From: Candidatus Latescibacterota bacterium
GTDB lineage: Bacteria; Latescibacterota; UBA2968; GCA-2709665
DNA: 64,000 nucleotides
Direction: 5' to 3'
NCBI GenBank assembly: GCA_963667175.2
Contig: CAXXXF010000012.1
Location: 96,001-160,000, forward strand
Part shown: piece by piece, positions 9,113 to 19,954 of the stretch
Position numbering within the stretch: position 1 is the first letter of the stretch
Layout of the letters: each line of letters begins with the position of its first letter
Notes under the pieces: generated by a model
The model's database searches: none
Told to the model about the DNA's origin: nothing
The model's input: only the letters and a program-made list of their open reading frames with translations
Made by a program: the position numbers and the translations under genes

Positions 9113-10129
9113 TTAGAATTCATCCTCCAGCACCGCCACCTCATCACTCCTGGCGGCAATCCCGCTGTATTTCGCAATATCCATGCCGAACTGAAGTCCC
9201 AGACCTTCCAGGATGGCCGTCAGCTCGTTCAGCGATTTGCGGCCGAAATTCCGGAACTTCAGCATCTCTGTCTCGGTCTTTTGCACGAGGTCCTCGAGGG
9301 CCAGAATATTGGCAGCCTTCAGACAATTGGCCGAACGTACCGATAGTTCCAGTTCTTCTACCGGCATCTGAAGAAGTGAAGCCACACGCTGCGTGTCTTC
9401 GTCGATGACTTCCTCGTACTCCTCCTCCGGCTCTTCCTCGAAGTGGATGAAGAGTTCCAGATGGTCCTTCAGTATCTTCGCCGCATGAGACACGGCGTCG
9501 TCCGGACGGACCGTTCCGTTGGTCCAGACGGTCAGCGTCAGTTTATCGTAGTCCGTCTGTTGTCCCACCCGGGCATTGTCCACCTCGTAATGCACTTTCC
9601 GGATGGGAGAAAACGCGGAGTCGAGCATGATCGTATCCGTAGCGGGATCGGTGACTTTGTTCTCTTCGGCAAGAACGTACCCCCGTCCGTTGCCCACGGT
9701 GACCTCCAGTTCCAGGTGGCCGTCCTGATCGAGAGACGCGATGTGCTGATCGGGATTCATGACCTCGACGTCCGCGTCCACCTCAAGTTCCGCGGCCGTC
9801 AACGCGCCCGGCCCCGCCTTGTCGATTCGTAGCTGTTTGTCTTCCTCCGAATGCACTCGCAGGTTGACCTCTTTGAGATTCAGGACGATTTCAGTCATGT
9901 CTTCGACAACGCCCTGTACGACGGAGAACTCGTGCTGCACCCCTTTCACCCGAATGGCCTTCACGGCGGCGCCCTCTATGGATGAGAGCAATACCCTGCG
10001 CAATGCGTTGCCGATTGTGGTTCCGAATCCACGTTCCAGAGGTTGCACCGTAAACATTCCGTAAGAACTGGTGAGGCTGTCCTCATCAATCTGGACGGAC
10101 CTGGGCATCTGGAAGTTTTTGGGCTTCAT
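9113..10129 (-). CDS. rpoA: RNA polymerase alpha subunit
   Basis: PLERGFGTTIGNALRRVLLSS; CTD ELELSVRSANCL and RNFGRKSL. Confidence 0.99.
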   Translation of the reverse strand: MKPKNFQMPRSVQIDEDSLTSSYGMFTVQPLERGFGTTIGNALRRVLLSSIEGAAVKAIRVKGVQHEFSVVQGVVEDMTEIVLNLKEVNLRVHSEEDKQLRIDKAGPGALTAAELEVDADVEVMNPDQHIASLDQDGHLELEVTVGNGRGYVLAEENKVTDPATDTIMLDSAFSPIRKVHYEVDNARVGQQTDYDKLTLTVWTNGTVRPDDAVSHAAKILKDHLELFIHFEEEPEEEYEEVIDEDTQRVASLLQMPVEELELSVRSANCLKAANILALEDLVQKTETEMLKFRNFGRKSLNELTAILEGLGLQFGMDIAKYSGIAARSDEVAVLEDEF

Positions 10130-10219
10130 ACAAGCATTCTCCTTGGATCAACCAAGAAACAACGCGGCATCCCCGATGTTCCAGGCATACGCGGCCGCTC
10201 CTCATGAAAGCCGATGCGA

Positions 10220-10849
10220 TTACTTCGAGTACAATTCCACAATGAGTTGCTCTTCTACCGGCGTCGGAATCCCTTCTCTGTCGGGAACGTCGAGAACGGT
10301 TCCGGTGAGATTCACTTTGTCCAGAGACAGCCACGCCGCCTGTCGCCCCTCGCCGATCCGCTTGATGGACTCGTGGATCAACGCCAGTTGCCGGCTCTTT
10401 TCCCGTACCTGAATCGTATCGCCGGGCGTGACCTGAAAAGAAGGGACGTCCACGATACGCCCATTCACCATAATGTGGCGGTGCCGCACCAGTTGACGCG
10501 CCGCCTTGTGAGAAGGCGCGAACCCCAGCCTGTGTGTGACGTTGTCCAGGCGGCTCTCCAGCGTCTGAAGGAGAACCTCCCCGGTCACGCCCTTCCGGCG
10601 GGCGGCCTTGTGATAATAGCCGCGGAACTGGCTTTCGAGCACACCGTACTGGCGCTTGGCCTTTTGCTTCTCTCTGAGCTGCAGGGCATATTCCGAAGGC
10701 TTGCGGCCCTGCCGCTGCCCGTGCATGCCCGGTGCGTAGCTGCGCTTTTCGAACGAGCATTTGTCCAGGTAGCAGCGCTCGCCCTTCAGGAACAGCTTAA
10801 CCCCTTCGCGGCGACACAATTTGCAGCTCGATTCCGTATACCTTGCCAT
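10220..10849 (-). CDS. rpsD: 30S ribosomal protein S4
   Basis: [15 protein letters not shown] and IVELYSK. Confidence 0.99.
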   Translation of the reverse strand: MARYTESSCKLCRREGVKLFLKGERCYLDKCSFEKRSYAPGMHGQRQGRKPSEYALQLREKQKAKRQYGVLESQFRGYYHKAARRKGVTGEVLLQTLESRLDNVTHRLGFAPSHKAARQLVRHRHIMVNGRIVDVPSFQVTPGDTIQVREKSRQLALIHESIKRIGEGRQAAWLSLDKVNLTGTVLDVPDREGIPTPVEEQLIVELYSK

Positions 10850-10876
10850 GCAATGGACCTCCTCGGTCGGAAACCG

Positions 10877-11266
10877 TTACACCCGACGTCGCTTGGGCGG
10901 CCGGCAGCCGTTGTGAGGAATCGGAGTGACATCGCGAATCGCCGCGATTTCCAGTCCGGCGCCCTGCAACGCACGTACGGCGGCTTCCCGGCCGACGCCC
11001 GGACCCTTGACCCATACCTCAACGCGTCGCAGCCCCATGGACATGGCTTCTTTTGCCGCGGCTTCCGCAGCCAGCTGGGCGGCAAAGGGCGTACTCTTTC
11101 GGGAACCCTTAAAACCCACCTTTCCAGTTGTGGACCACGAAATCACGTGCCCGTCCCTGTCGGTCAGGGTGACGATGGTATTGTTGAACGTCGCCTTAAT
11201 GTGGGCAACACCCTGTCCATCGACCCGCTTGCTCCTGCGTCGGCCTCTTCTTTGTTCCGGCGGCAA
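10877..11266 (-). CDS. rpsK: 30S ribosomal protein S11
   Basis: [17 protein letters not shown] and [18 protein letters not shown]. Confidence 0.99.
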   Translation of the reverse strand: MPPEQRRGRRRSKRVDGQGVAHIKATFNNTIVTLTDRDGHVISWSTTGKVGFKGSRKSTPFAAQLAAEAAAKEAMSMGLRRVEVWVKGPGVGREAAVRALQGAGLEIAAIRDVTPIPHNGCRPPKRRRV

Positions 11267-11288
11267 CTGATCGCCTCCTTAGTGGTGA

Positions 11289-11669
11289 TTAAACCTGCGC
11301 TTTCTTCTTCTTGGCAATCTGGCCCTTCTTCGGTCCCTTTCGCGTCCGGGCGTTCGTCCGGGTGCGCTGGCCGCGCACCGGAAGCCCCCGCCGCCAGCGA
11401 AGTCCGCGGTAGCAGCCGATGTCCATCAGACGCTTGATGTTCATGGCCACCTCGCTCCTCAGGTTGCCCTCCACACGGTATTCCCCCTCGATCACACTCC
11501 GGAGTTTCGTAACGTCTTCCTCGCTCAATGCGTCAACGCGCGTATCCGGGGAAATCTGTGTCTTTTCCAGAATCCGGTTTGAGGAACTTCTGCCAATACC
11601 GTAAATGTAGGTCAGCGCGATTTCCACCCGCTTGTCGCGCGGCACGTCTACCCCTGCGATCCGTGCCAT
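11289..11669 (-). CDS. rpsM: 30S ribosomal protein S13
   Basis: MARIAGVD start at ATG 11669 with GGAGGAG SD; [18 protein letters not shown]. Confidence 0.98.
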   Translation of the reverse strand: MARIAGVDVPRDKRVEIALTYIYGIGRSSSNRILEKTQISPDTRVDALSEEDVTKLRSVIEGEYRVEGNLRSEVAMNIKRLMDIGCYRGLRWRRGLPVRGQRTRTNARTRKGPKKGQIAKKKKAQV

Positions 11670-11705
11670 GATCTCTCCTCCATTGTTTGATTTCCGAAGG
11701 TCCCG

Positions 11706-11863
11706 GTGTCCGGTCCCGGAAATCTGTTCCCATCCGTCCGCCGATTCATCACGTCCTGCGCATGCGCCGGTCCCTGAGCCCTGTCCTGAACGTGTCAATG
11801 GATCGAAGGGATACCGGCCGGGCGGCTCGGCGGTCGAATTCGGGTCGCCTGTTATCGGGTCTA
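11706..11863. mobile_element. Degenerate copy C of MITE-like family 1 (opposite orientation)
   Basis: GTGTCCGGTCCCGGAAAT end, plus GCCGATTCATC and GGGCGGCTCGGCGGTCGAATT, matching the reverse complement of the 22689-22883 element. It abuts the rpmJ stop. Confidence 0.6.
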
Positions 11864-11977
11864 GCCCTGTCTCTGTTTATGACTTGGATCGTGTTTGCAT
11901 ATCACCCGCACCACGCCCCTTCTCCGGATGATCTTGCAGTGATTGCATCGTTTTTTTACGGACGCGCGAACCCTCAT
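11861..11977 (-). CDS. rpmJ: 50S ribosomal protein L36 (Zn-ribbon form)
   Basis: Manual translation [38 protein letters not shown]; below the ORF-track cutoff. Confidence 0.97.
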   Translation of the reverse strand: MRVRASVKKRCNHCKIIRRRGVVRVICKHDPSHKQRQG

Positions 11978-11993
11978 TCTGAAATCCTTTCGA

Positions 11994-13331
11994 TCACCTT
12001 CGGCCTCTGAGCCTGCCCTTCTTCATAAAGCCGTCGTAGTGGCGCATCAGGAGATGGGATTCCACCCTCTGTAACGTGTCGAGCGCCACACCCACGATAA
12101 TCAGAAGCCCGGTCCCCCCGAAGAAGTCGATCAGGCCGGGATTCACATCGGCCCAACTGATCACGAAAAACGGGAAGACTGCTATCGCTGCCAGAAAGAT
12201 GGATCCCGGAAGCGTAATCCGGGTCAGAATCCGATCGATAAAATCGGACGTGCGCTTGCCGGGACGGATGCCGGGTATGAACCCGCCCTGCCGCTTCATA
12301 TTATCGGCCAGGTCTACAGGGTTGAAAACGATCGCCGTATAGAAATAGGCGAAAAAGATGATCATTGCGGAATAGAGTATCCAGTACGGAAGCGCATGAA
12401 GGGTGGTCGCTGGCGAAAACCGGGATGCCATGTCCTGCACCCACTCATTCATCGGGAAGAAATTGGCCAGCGTGGATGGCAAAAACATGATGGCCTGCGC
12501 AAATATGATCGGCATCACACCCGAGGTATTCACCTTCAGCGGAATGTGTGTGCTCTGGCCTCCGTAAACCCGCCGGCCCACAACACGTTTGGCATATTGT
12601 ACCGGTATTTTCCTCGTTCCCTGTGTAATGAGAACCACCAGCGCGGTAACGGCGACAATGATGACGACGACGAACAGCTCGAGCAGGATGGGCTTGTTGT
12701 TGGCCACAAAGTCCTGATACTCCTGGATCACGGCCGCGGGCGCGCGGGCGATGATCCCTATGAAAATCAACATCGACATGCCGTTGCCGATACCCCGGTC
12801 GTCGATCTGTTCTCCCAGCCACATGACAAATACGGTACCGGCGGTAATCGTCAGTATCGTCAGCAGGCGAAAGCCCAGGCCAGGATCCGGCACCACCAGC
12901 ATTCCCGTGATGGGCGACCTGAGGCTTTCCATAAACAGGCTGACGCCAAATGACTGAGCTGCCGCCAGCGCAACGGTCCCGTATCGGGTATATTGGGTGA
13001 TCTTCTTCCGCCCCTCTTCGCCCTCCTTCTGGAGTTTCTGCAAAAAGGGAATGACGGCGCCCATCAGCTGAAGGATAATCGAGGCGCTGATATACGGCAT
13101 GATGCCCAGCGCAAAGACGGTCGCGCGGCCGAATGCGCCGCCGGCGAACATGTCATAGAATCCCAGGACGCCCGTTGCGGCACTGCTGAAGTACTCGTCC
13201 AGGGCCCTGGGGTCGATGCCGGGAATGGTCACGTACGTGCCAATCCGGAAGACCACGAGAATCCCAAGCGTAAACAGGATGCGATTGCGTAACTCGGGGA
13301 TTCGAAAGGCACTCTGGAAACTCTGGAGCAC
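11994..13331 (-). CDS. secY: Preprotein translocase SecY
   Basis: [24 protein letters not shown] and GFIPGIRPG. Confidence 0.99.
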   Translation of the reverse strand: MLQSFQSAFRIPELRNRILFTLGILVVFRIGTYVTIPGIDPRALDEYFSSAATGVLGFYDMFAGGAFGRATVFALGIMPYISASIILQLMGAVIPFLQKLQKEGEEGRKKITQYTRYGTVALAAAQSFGVSLFMESLRSPITGMLVVPDPGLGFRLLTILTITAGTVFVMWLGEQIDDRGIGNGMSMLIFIGIIARAPAAVIQEYQDFVANNKPILLELFVVVIIVAVTALVVLITQGTRKIPVQYAKRVVGRRVYGGQSTHIPLKVNTSGVMPIIFAQAIMFLPSTLANFFPMNEWVQDMASRFSPATTLHALPYWILYSAMIIFFAYFYTAIVFNPVDLADNMKRQGGFIPGIRPGKRTSDFIDRILTRITLPGSIFLAAIAVFPFFVISWADVNPGLIDFFGGTGLLIIVGVALDTLQRVESHLLMRHYDGFMKKGRLRGRR

Positions 13332-13360
13332 CGCCGCCTCCTCTACAAATTAACTACAAA

Positions 13361-13822
13361 TTAACCCGCTCCGGAACCCGCGTCGATCAGGGTGACACTT
13401 CCTCCGGCCGACTCGATTTTCTCTGTGGCCGACCTGGATGCCGCATGCGCGTGAACCTGTAAGGGATCGGAGACCTCACCCCGCCCCAGTATTTTCACGG
13501 GCCGCCGGATGGACCGTATCAGACCCGACTGCTTCAATTGTTGGGGCGTCACCGAACCGGACAATCCCCGTTTGACAATATCGTCCAGATTAACGACCTG
13601 ATAGACCACCTTCAACGGGTTGTTGAATCCGACCTTGGGAAGTCTGCGCTGCAACGGCATCTGCCCACCCTCAAACCACGGCCTCAACTTGGCGCCCGAA
13701 CGGGACTTCTGGCCTTTGTGTCCCTTTCCGCTGGTTTTTCCGCAGCCGGATCCGACGCCGCATCCAAGTCGTTTCCGATTCGTGACCGCGCCCTTGGGGG
13801 GCTTGAACTTTCCTGGTTCCAT
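13361..13822 (-). CDS. rplO: 50S ribosomal protein L15
   Basis: GKTSGKGHKGQKSRSG and FEGGQMPLQRRLPKVGF. Confidence 0.98.
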   Translation of the reverse strand: MEPGKFKPPKGAVTNRKRLGCGVGSGCGKTSGKGHKGQKSRSGAKLRPWFEGGQMPLQRRLPKVGFNNPLKVVYQVVNLDDIVKRGLSGSVTPQQLKQSGLIRSIRRPVKILGRGEVSDPLQVHAHAASRSATEKIESAGGSVTLIDAGSGAG

Positions 13823-13897
13823 CTTCCCGAGTCCTTACGCATGAAGGTAAGCGGGCCCGGTCCGGCCGTCGCGACCGTTAAGAGCCCTGATCCGAAA

Positions 13898-14095
13898 TCA
13901 GCCGTCCGCCTGATTCACTTCGACGAGGTGCGCTACCGAATTGACCATTCCACGGATTTGAACGGTATCGTTGTGGATGACGCTGTGACGAATTCGTCGA
14001 ATGCCAAGCGCCGCGAGCGTGCGCCGTTGTTTTTCATTGCGCGAGATCAGGCTGCGAACCTGGGTGATCTTCAGTTTCTTCCCATCGTTTGCCAT
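13898..14095 (-). CDS. rpmD: 50S ribosomal protein L30
   Basis: [29 protein letters not shown]; canonical position. Confidence 0.95.
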   Translation of the reverse strand: MANDGKKLKITQVRSLISRNEKQRRTLAALGIRRIRHSVIHNDTVQIRGMVNSVAHLVEVNQADG

Positions 14096-14101
14096 TCCGC
14101 G

Positions 14102-14617
14102 TTACTCCCGAACGCCGGTCAGCTCTGCTTCGTCGACGTTCCGCAGCCGCGCGAACGCCCGCGCGTCGCGCAGGCTGGCCAGCCCCTGGAGCGTCGCCTT
14201 TACGGTATTGTGGGTATTCTGGGAACCCAGAGATTTGGTCAATACGTTCTGCAAACCTGCCAGTTCCAGAACCGCTCGAATCCCCCCCCCGGCGATCACC
14301 CCGGTTCCCGGCGCAGCAGGCCTCAACAATACCCTGGAGGCGCCAAAGACACCGATGATCTCGTGTGGCAATGTCCCGTTGATGACCGGTATGCGCACCA
14401 GTTCCTTCTTTGCGTTTTCGGTGGCTTTGCGGATGGCTTCGGCCACCTCTCCCGCCTTGCCCATTCCGGCGCCGACGTGGCCCTGCCGGTCGCCGACGAC
14501 CACCATCACGTTGAAGGCAAAGCGACGTCCGCCCTTGCGCACGTGGGACACCCGCTTGAGGCTGTTGTTGATGACGATTTCAGTCAGATCCAATCCCGAA
14601 GGGTCTATGCGTTTCAA
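14102..14617 (-). CDS. rpsE: 30S ribosomal protein S5
   Basis: [20 protein letters not shown] and KSLGS. Confidence 0.98.
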   Translation of the reverse strand: MKRIDPSGLDLTEIVINNSLKRVSHVRKGGRRFAFNVMVVVGDRQGHVGAGMGKAGEVAEAIRKATENAKKELVRIPVINGTLPHEIIGVFGASRVLLRPAAPGTGVIAGGGIRAVLELAGLQNVLTKSLGSQNTHNTVKATLQGLASLRDARAFARLRNVDEAELTGVRE

Positions 14618-14647
14618 ATGCGTACTCCTTTGATTCGGGCAACCAGG

Positions 14648-15016
14648 CTAAAACAACAATCCGCCTTCGCGGGCGCCGTCGGCCAACGCCTTGATCCGGC
14701 CGTGGTACAGTCGGCCGCCCCGATCGAATACAACGGTTTTGATGCCGGCCTCGATCGCTTTCATTGCCACCGCACGCCCCACCTTGCGCCCCTTCTCGCT
14801 CTTGTTGCCCGAGAGCGTATCGCGGATTTCACGGGAATTGCTCGAGAGCCCCAGAAGGGATCGACCCGTCGTGTCGTCGATCAGCTGCACTTCAATGTGG
14901 TTCAGGCTCCTGCTCACCGCCAACCGGGGCCGCCCGGGGGTGCCGCGGATCTTTTTTCGGATTCGCAATCGGCGACGACGTCTCAGATTGGCCTTCTGAA
15001 TCTGTGGGTTTGCCAT
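14648..15016 (-). CDS. rplR: 50S ribosomal protein L18
   Basis: RPRLAVSRS and VVFDRGGRLYHGRIKALADGAREGGL. Confidence 0.98.
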   Translation of the reverse strand: MANPQIQKANLRRRRRLRIRKKIRGTPGRPRLAVSRSLNHIEVQLIDDTTGRSLLGLSSNSREIRDTLSGNKSEKGRKVGRAVAMKAIEAGIKTVVFDRGGRLYHGRIKALADGAREGGLLF

Positions 15017-15043
15017 GACAATCCGCTCCGTGGGTTCTCAATA

Positions 15044-15610
15044 CTACGTAACAGCGGCCTTGCCGGCCTTGCGACGCACATACTCGTTAAAGTATCTGAT
15101 CCCTTTTCCCTTGTATGGCTCCGGGGGACGGACTTTTCGAATATCGGCAGCCATCTGTCCCACCCGTTCCTTATCTGCTCCCCGGACGACAATTGACGAC
15201 TGGGCCGTTTCAATTTCGGCGGGAGCCGCCTCAATGCTCATTTCGACGCCGTCGAGCGGCTCTATAATCACGGGATGGCTGAAACCGACCTGCAAATCCA
15301 GATTCCTGCCCTTCATTTCAGCGCGATACCCCACTCCCACGACAACCAGCCGTTTTTCAAATCCGTTGCGCACGCCTTCAACCGCGTTGGCGAGCAACGA
15401 CCGGGTCAGGCCCCATACCGCCTTTGACTCCCTGTCGTCGACGTCCTCAACCGTGACGCGCAGCGTCCCGTCTTCCTGGTGTAACTGCGTCAGCGGATGA
15501 ATCCGCACCGTCAACGCTCCCTTGCTCCCTTTCACCTGCACGCCGTCCGGTCCAATCTGTACCTGAACCCCATCCGGAACGGGAATCGGTTGTTTTCCAA
15601 CGCGTGACAC
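15044..15610 (-). CDS. rplF: 50S ribosomal protein L6
   Basis: MSRVGKQPI, GVGYRA and RPPEPYKGKGIRY. Confidence 0.98.
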   Translation of the reverse strand: MSRVGKQPIPVPDGVQVQIGPDGVQVKGSKGALTVRIHPLTQLHQEDGTLRVTVEDVDDRESKAVWGLTRSLLANAVEGVRNGFEKRLVVVGVGYRAEMKGRNLDLQVGFSHPVIIEPLDGVEMSIEAAPAEIETAQSSIVVRGADKERVGQMAADIRKVRPPEPYKGKGIRYFNEYVRRKAGKAAVT

Positions 15611-15625
15611 CTTGAATCCTCCCGG

Positions 15626-16024
15626 TTACCAGAGGTGGCAGAGGACCTCGCCGCCGACCCCGGCCGTGCGAGCCTCGCTATCCGTGAGAATACCCCGGGA
15701 CGTGGAAAGCACAGCCACGCCGAGACCGTTGAGTACCCTGGGGATTTCACCGGCTCCTACGTAACGACGCAGCCCCGGTCGGCTGATGCGTTGCAATCCC
15801 TGAATGGCGCTTTCGTCGTCCGAACTGTACCTGAGATACAGTCGGATGTAGCCCTGCCTGTTGTCTTCCACGGACGCGTAGTTATGGATAAAGCCCTTCA
15901 TTTTCAAAATGCGCGCAATTTCAGTTTTTATCCGGGAACCCGGAATGTCTACCTTGCGGTGCCCTGCACGGGCCGCATTCCGAATACGGGTCAGCATATC
16001 CGCAACCGGATCGCTCATACTCAT
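15626..16024 (-). CDS. rpsH: 30S ribosomal protein S8
   Basis: DPVADMLTRIRNA, RISRPGLRRY and GGEVLC; ATG 16024. Confidence 0.98.
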   Translation of the reverse strand: MSMSDPVADMLTRIRNAARAGHRKVDIPGSRIKTEIARILKMKGFIHNYASVEDNRQGYIRLYLRYSSDDESAIQGLQRISRPGLRRYVGAGEIPRVLNGLGVAVLSTSRGILTDSEARTAGVGGEVLCHLW

Positions 16025-16055
16025 AGCGTCAACAGCCTCCTGTCTGTCCGGGTTG

Positions 16056-16241
16056 CTACCAGCTCGCCTTCGAGACGCCTGGGATCTCACCCAGCAACGC
16101 CAGTTCTCTAAAGCAGATCCTGCAGACTCCGAACTGCCTCATGTAGCCTCTCGGGCGTCCGCAACGATGGCAACGATTATAGCGGCGAACGGCAAACTTC
16201 GGTTTTTTGTTTGCCTTGACGATCAATGTCTTTTTTGCCAC
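16056..16241 (-). CDS. rpsZ: 30S ribosomal protein S14 type Z (Zn-binding)
   Basis: [25 protein letters not shown]; GTG start at 16241. Confidence 0.97.
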   Translation of the reverse strand: MAKKTLIVKANKKPKFAVRRYNRCHRCGRPRGYMRQFGVCRICFRELALLGEIPGVSKASW

Positions 16242-16263
16242 TGGTACGCTCGCTTTCTTGATA

Positions 16264-16818
16264 TCAGGCCGCTTCGGCAGCCTGGAACGGCATGCCAAAG
16301 CGCTTGAGCAACTCAAATGCCTCTTCGTCCGTCCGGGCCGTGGTTACAATGGTCACGTCCAGCCCACGGATCTGGTCGATCTGGTCATAGTTGATCTCCG
16401 GAAAGATAATCTGCTCCCGGACACCCACAGTATAATTCCCGCGGCCGTCGAAGGCATTGGGAGACAACCCTCTGAAGTCGCGCGTGCGGGGTATGGCAAA
16501 GGTGAAGAAACGATCGAGGAATTCGTACATCCGATCGCGCCGGAGCGTAACGGCGCACCCGACGGGCATGCCCTCGCGCAGTTTGAAATTCGAGACCGAC
16601 TTCTTGGCCCGACGAATGGAAGGTCGCTGTCCCGATATGGTTGACAGGTCGGCGATGGCGCTGTCGATCGCCTTCGGGTTCTGGACGGCCTCTCCCAGAC
16701 CCATGTTCATGACAACCTTCTCGAGCCTTGGCGCCTGCATCCTGTTCTTGTAGGCGAAATGCGAAACCATCGCCGGGACGATCTCATTGTTGTACATTTC
16801 TCGGAGCCGCGCAGCCAT
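16264..16818 (-). CDS. rplE: 50S ribosomal protein L5
   Basis: [18 protein letters not shown] and FDGRGNY. Confidence 0.99.
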   Translation of the reverse strand: MAARLREMYNNEIVPAMVSHFAYKNRMQAPRLEKVVMNMGLGEAVQNPKAIDSAIADLSTISGQRPSIRRAKKSVSNFKLREGMPVGCAVTLRRDRMYEFLDRFFTFAIPRTRDFRGLSPNAFDGRGNYTVGVREQIIFPEINYDQIDQIRGLDVTIVTTARTDEEAFELLKRFGMPFQAAEAA

Positions 16819-16829
16819 TCAACCCTCGC

Positions 16830-17159
16830 TTATGAACTCGCTTCGGAAATCTGTTCGCCACTCTTGATCGCGAGCCGTATCCGTTCACCGTTCTCCAGTC
16901 TCTTCCGGCGTATCCGGGTGGGCTCGTCGGATTGAGGATCGATTAACATCAGCCTGGAAATATGCACGGGCGCCTCTTTTTCGATAATGCCGCCCTGCTG
17001 GTTCTTGGGGCCGGGTCGGGTATGCCGCTTTATGAAGTTGATGCCCTCCACCAGCGCCCGCCCCTTCCTGGGAAATACCTTCAGGACGCGCCCTCTCCTC
17101 CCTGCATCCACCCCGCCGATGACCTCGACCTGATCTCCCTTGCGCACATGAACTTTCAC
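16830..17159 (-). CDS. rplX: 50S ribosomal protein L24
   Basis: [10 protein letters not shown] and [13 protein letters not shown]. Confidence 0.98.
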   Translation of the reverse strand: MKVHVRKGDQVEVIGGVDAGRRGRVLKVFPRKGRALVEGINFIKRHTRPGPKNQQGGIIEKEAPVHISRLMLIDPQSDEPTRIRRKRLENGERIRLAIKSGEQISEASS

Positions 17160-17186
17160 CGCTCGACTCCCCTCGCTGTGGAAACG

Positions 17187-17555
17187 TCAGACCACTTCGG
17201 CCGCCAGAGACACAATTCGCATGAATCGCCTGTCGCGCAGTTCCCGTGCAACCGGCCCGAAGATGCGCGTTGCCCGCGGTTCGCCCTCCGCATTGATCAA
17301 AACCGCGGCATTGTCGTCGAACCGGATATAAGAACCATCCGAGCGCCGCGCCTCCTTTCTGGTCCGAACGATAACCGCCCGCGCGACTTCTCCCTTCTTC
17401 ACGGCACTGTTGGGCTGGGCGTCCTTCACGGCGACCACGATCGTATCGCCGAGACCGGCGTATTTTCTCCGCGACCCGCCCAGCACCCGGAAGCACATCA
17501 CCTTGCGGGCGCCGCTGTTGTCGGCGCAGTTCAATACCGTCTGCTCCGTAACCAT
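17187..17555 (-). CDS. rplN: 50S ribosomal protein L14
   Basis: ADNSGA, FDDNAAV and [12 protein letters not shown]. Confidence 0.99.
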   Translation of the reverse strand: MVTEQTVLNCADNSGARKVMCFRVLGGSRRKYAGLGDTIVVAVKDAQPNSAVKKGEVARAVIVRTRKEARRSDGSYIRFDDNAAVLINAEGEPRATRIFGPVARELRDRRFMRIVSLAAEVV

Positions 17556-17567
17556 CCCCCAATACTC

Positions 17568-17834
17568 CTATTGAACCTTTTCCAGAATCTCGGCCAGACG
17601 CCATCGTTTGGTCTTGCTGATCGGGCGGGTCTCGCAAATCAATACGGTGTCGCCTGTATTTGCCGAGTTGTTTTCATCGTGCGCGGCAAATTTCGAACGG
17701 CGCCGCACCACCTTGCCGTAAAGCGGATGGGGGGTGCGCCAGGTGACTTCCACGACGATTGTCTTGTTGGCCTGATTGCTCAGCACCCGGCCCACAAGGG
17801 TCTTGCGACGACCGCGCGCGGCGGTTTGTGCCAT
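17568..17834 (-). CDS. rpsQ: 30S ribosomal protein S17
   Basis: HPLYGK, AHDENN and [11 protein letters not shown]. Confidence 0.98.
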   Translation of the reverse strand: MAQTAARGRRKTLVGRVLSNQANKTIVVEVTWRTPHPLYGKVVRRRSKFAAHDENNSANTGDTVLICETRPISKTKRWRLAEILEKVQ

Positions 17835-17837
17835 GGT

Positions 17838-18074
17838 TTAATTTCCTTCCGATCCCCGGGAGTCGCCGCCGGTTGCGGCGTTCGAATCCTCTGCGCGCTC
17901 CCGCTGTACCGTTCTGATCCGGGCGATATCCCGTCGGACGGACTTGACCTGAAGCGGATTGTCGAGCTGCTGCGTGACAAGCTGAATTCTCAAATTGGAC
18001 AACTCCTCGAGCCTGTCGACCAACAGCTCGTCAACCTCGCCCGATGTCATCTGACGAATTTCGCTGGCTTTCAT
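17838..18074 (-). CDS. rpmC: 50S ribosomal protein L29
   Basis: [20 protein letters not shown]; canonical position. Confidence 0.95.
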   Translation of the reverse strand: MKASEIRQMTSGEVDELLVDRLEELSNLRIQLVTQQLDNPLQVKSVRRDIARIRTVQRERAEDSNAATGGDSRGSEGN

Positions 18075-18490
18075 TCTTCACTTTCTCCGCGTTCGATAAA
18101 CCGGGTCTTGATGGGCATCTTGTGGCCCGCCTTTCGCATGGCCTCCCGCGCGCTCTCCCGCTCGACACCGTCGATTTCGAACATTATCCGGCCCGGTTTG
18201 ACGACGGCGACCCAGTATTCCGGATTCCCTTTACCCTTGCCCATCCGGGTCTCGGCGGGTTTAATGGTAACCGGTTTGTCGGGAAACAGACGGATCCACA
18301 CCTTGCCTCCACGTCCGAGCGCGCGCGTGATGGCCACCCGCGCCGCTTCGATCTGCCGGCTGGTTATCCAGGCCGGCTCGAGCGCCTGAAGCGCAAACTC
18401 CCCGAAAGCAATCCTGCTGCCCCGGTACGCCATGCCGCGCATACGGCCGCGCTGTTGTTTTCGCCACTTGACCCTCTTAGGCATTAACAT
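18071..18490 (-). CDS. rplP: 50S ribosomal protein L16
   Basis: [18 protein letters not shown] and ETRMGKGKG. Confidence 0.99.
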   Translation of the reverse strand: MLMPKRVKWRKQQRGRMRGMAYRGSRIAFGEFALQALEPAWITSRQIEAARVAITRALGRGGKVWIRLFPDKPVTIKPAETRMGKGKGNPEYWVAVVKPGRIMFEIDGVERESAREAMRKAGHKMPIKTRFIERGESEE

Positions 18491-18521
18491 CGAGTCATAT
18501 CCTTACGAAACCCGGTCCGGC

Positions 18522-19178
18522 CTACTGACCCGGCCCTCCCGGAGCGCGACGATCCACGACCTCTCCGTGGCACACCCACACCTTGACCCCCACCGTGCCT
18601 GAAGTTGTAAAGGCGGTGGAGGTGGCATAGTCGATATCAGCCCTGAGCGTATGCAGCGGCACTCGGCCGGCGGGTTCCGACTTTTCGATCCGCGCCATTT
18701 CGGCGCCGCCCAGACGACCGCCGCATACAATCTTAATGCCGTCGGCGCCCATTCTCATCGCCGAAGCAATGGCCTTTTTCATTGCCCGACGGAACGAAAC
18801 TCTCTGCTCCAGCTGGCGCGCGATGTTGTCTGCGACCAGTTGCGCATTCAGTTCCGGACGCTTGATTTCCTGGATATTAATATAAATCTCTTTGCCGGTA
18901 ATATGTTTCAATTCGTCCCTGAGCTTGTCCACTTCCTGCCCTTTACGGCCGATCACGATACCCGGACGAGCGGTATGCACCGAAATGGTCACCCGTTTCG
19001 GCGCCCGTTCGATCTCGATTTGAGACACGCTCGCACGTTGGAGTCGGCTTTGGATGTAACGTCGCAGCATCAGGTCTTCCTTCAGCAACTCGGCAAAATC
19101 GTTACCGGCAAACCAGCGGGAACGCCAGTCTTTTACAATGCCCAGTCGGAATCCGGTTGGATGTGTTTTCTGGCCCAC
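18522..19178 (-). CDS. rpsC: 30S ribosomal protein S3
   Basis: [22 protein letters not shown] and [14 protein letters not shown]. Confidence 0.99.
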   Translation of the reverse strand: MGQKTHPTGFRLGIVKDWRSRWFAGNDFAELLKEDLMLRRYIQSRLQRASVSQIEIERAPKRVTISVHTARPGIVIGRKGQEVDKLRDELKHITGKEIYINIQEIKRPELNAQLVADNIARQLEQRVSFRRAMKKAIASAMRMGADGIKIVCGGRLGGAEMARIEKSEPAGRVPLHTLRADIDYATSTAFTTSGTVGVKVWVCHGEVVDRRAPGGPGQ

Positions 19179-19196
19179 GAGCGATCCTCCCGACGA

Positions 19197-19538
19197 CTAA
19201 TCGTCGTCCGATACGACGAGCGTGATATGGCTGCAGCGCTTTCGAATAAATCCCGCGGCGCCACGCGGCATGGGGCGAATACGACGCATGGCGATGGCGC
19301 CGTTCACGAACGCTTCCTGAACGTAAAGGTCTTCTTCCCGAACCGTGGACGACTCGGTGTTGGCGGCGTTGGCTACCGCCGACCGCAACGTGCGTTCTAC
19401 GATCCGCGCCGCCTTCTTGGGCGTAAACTGAAGGATATGAAACGCTTCTTCAACCCCTTTTCCACGCACAAGATCCACCACCTGACGCGCTTTTCGGGGC
19501 GAGATCCTGACGTATCTGGTGACTGCCCTGGCCGTCAT
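19197..19538 (-). CDS. rplV: 50S ribosomal protein L22
   Basis: [22 protein letters not shown] and SHITL; ATG 19538 with AAGGGA SD. Confidence 0.97.
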   Translation of the reverse strand: MTARAVTRYVRISPRKARQVVDLVRGKGVEEAFHILQFTPKKAARIVERTLRSAVANAANTESSTVREEDLYVQEAFVNGAIAMRRIRPMPRGAAGFIRKRCSHITLVVSDDD

Positions 19539-19555
19539 CAAATCCCTTCCTTGCC

Positions 19556-19589
19556 CTGACGGCCCGTTGGAATCGCCCATCCGGGCTGC
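19556..19589. repeat. Remnant of repeat family 2 between rpsS and rplV
   Basis: CGGCCCGTTGGAATCGCCCATCCGGGCTGC (19560-19589) matches 40758-40787 at 24/30 positions. Confidence 0.5.
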
Positions 19590-19645
19590 AGGGGCGCGAA
19601 TTCGTACATCGACAAGCGGGCGTCGGCCTGAACCGGTTGCCGGAA

Positions 19646-19933
19646 CTACTTCAGTCCGGTCGATCGCTCGGTCAGGCTTCCCGAATGTCCGCGGAACGTC
19701 CTTGTAGGGGCGAATTCACCCAGCTTGTGGCCCACCATATTTTCCGTAATGTACACCGGGATGAACTTGTTCCCGTTGTGAACCGCGAGCGTATGACCCA
19801 CAAATTCGGGAGAAATGGTCGAACGGCGGGCCCACGTCTGAATCACGCGCTTGTTGCCCGTCTTGTTCATCCCCTCGATCTTCGTCAGAAGACCCGCGTC
19901 GACGTAGGGACCTTTCTTGAGCGACCGTGCCAT
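19646..19933 (-). CDS. rpsS: 30S ribosomal protein S19
   Basis: MARSLKKGP and [13 protein letters not shown]. Confidence 0.99.
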   Translation of the reverse strand: MARSLKKGPYVDAGLLTKIEGMNKTGNKRVIQTWARRSTISPEFVGHTLAVHNGNKFIPVYITENMVGHKLGEFAPTRTFRGHSGSLTERSTGLK

Positions 19934-19954
19934 TCAATCCTCGCCTGGGGCTAT

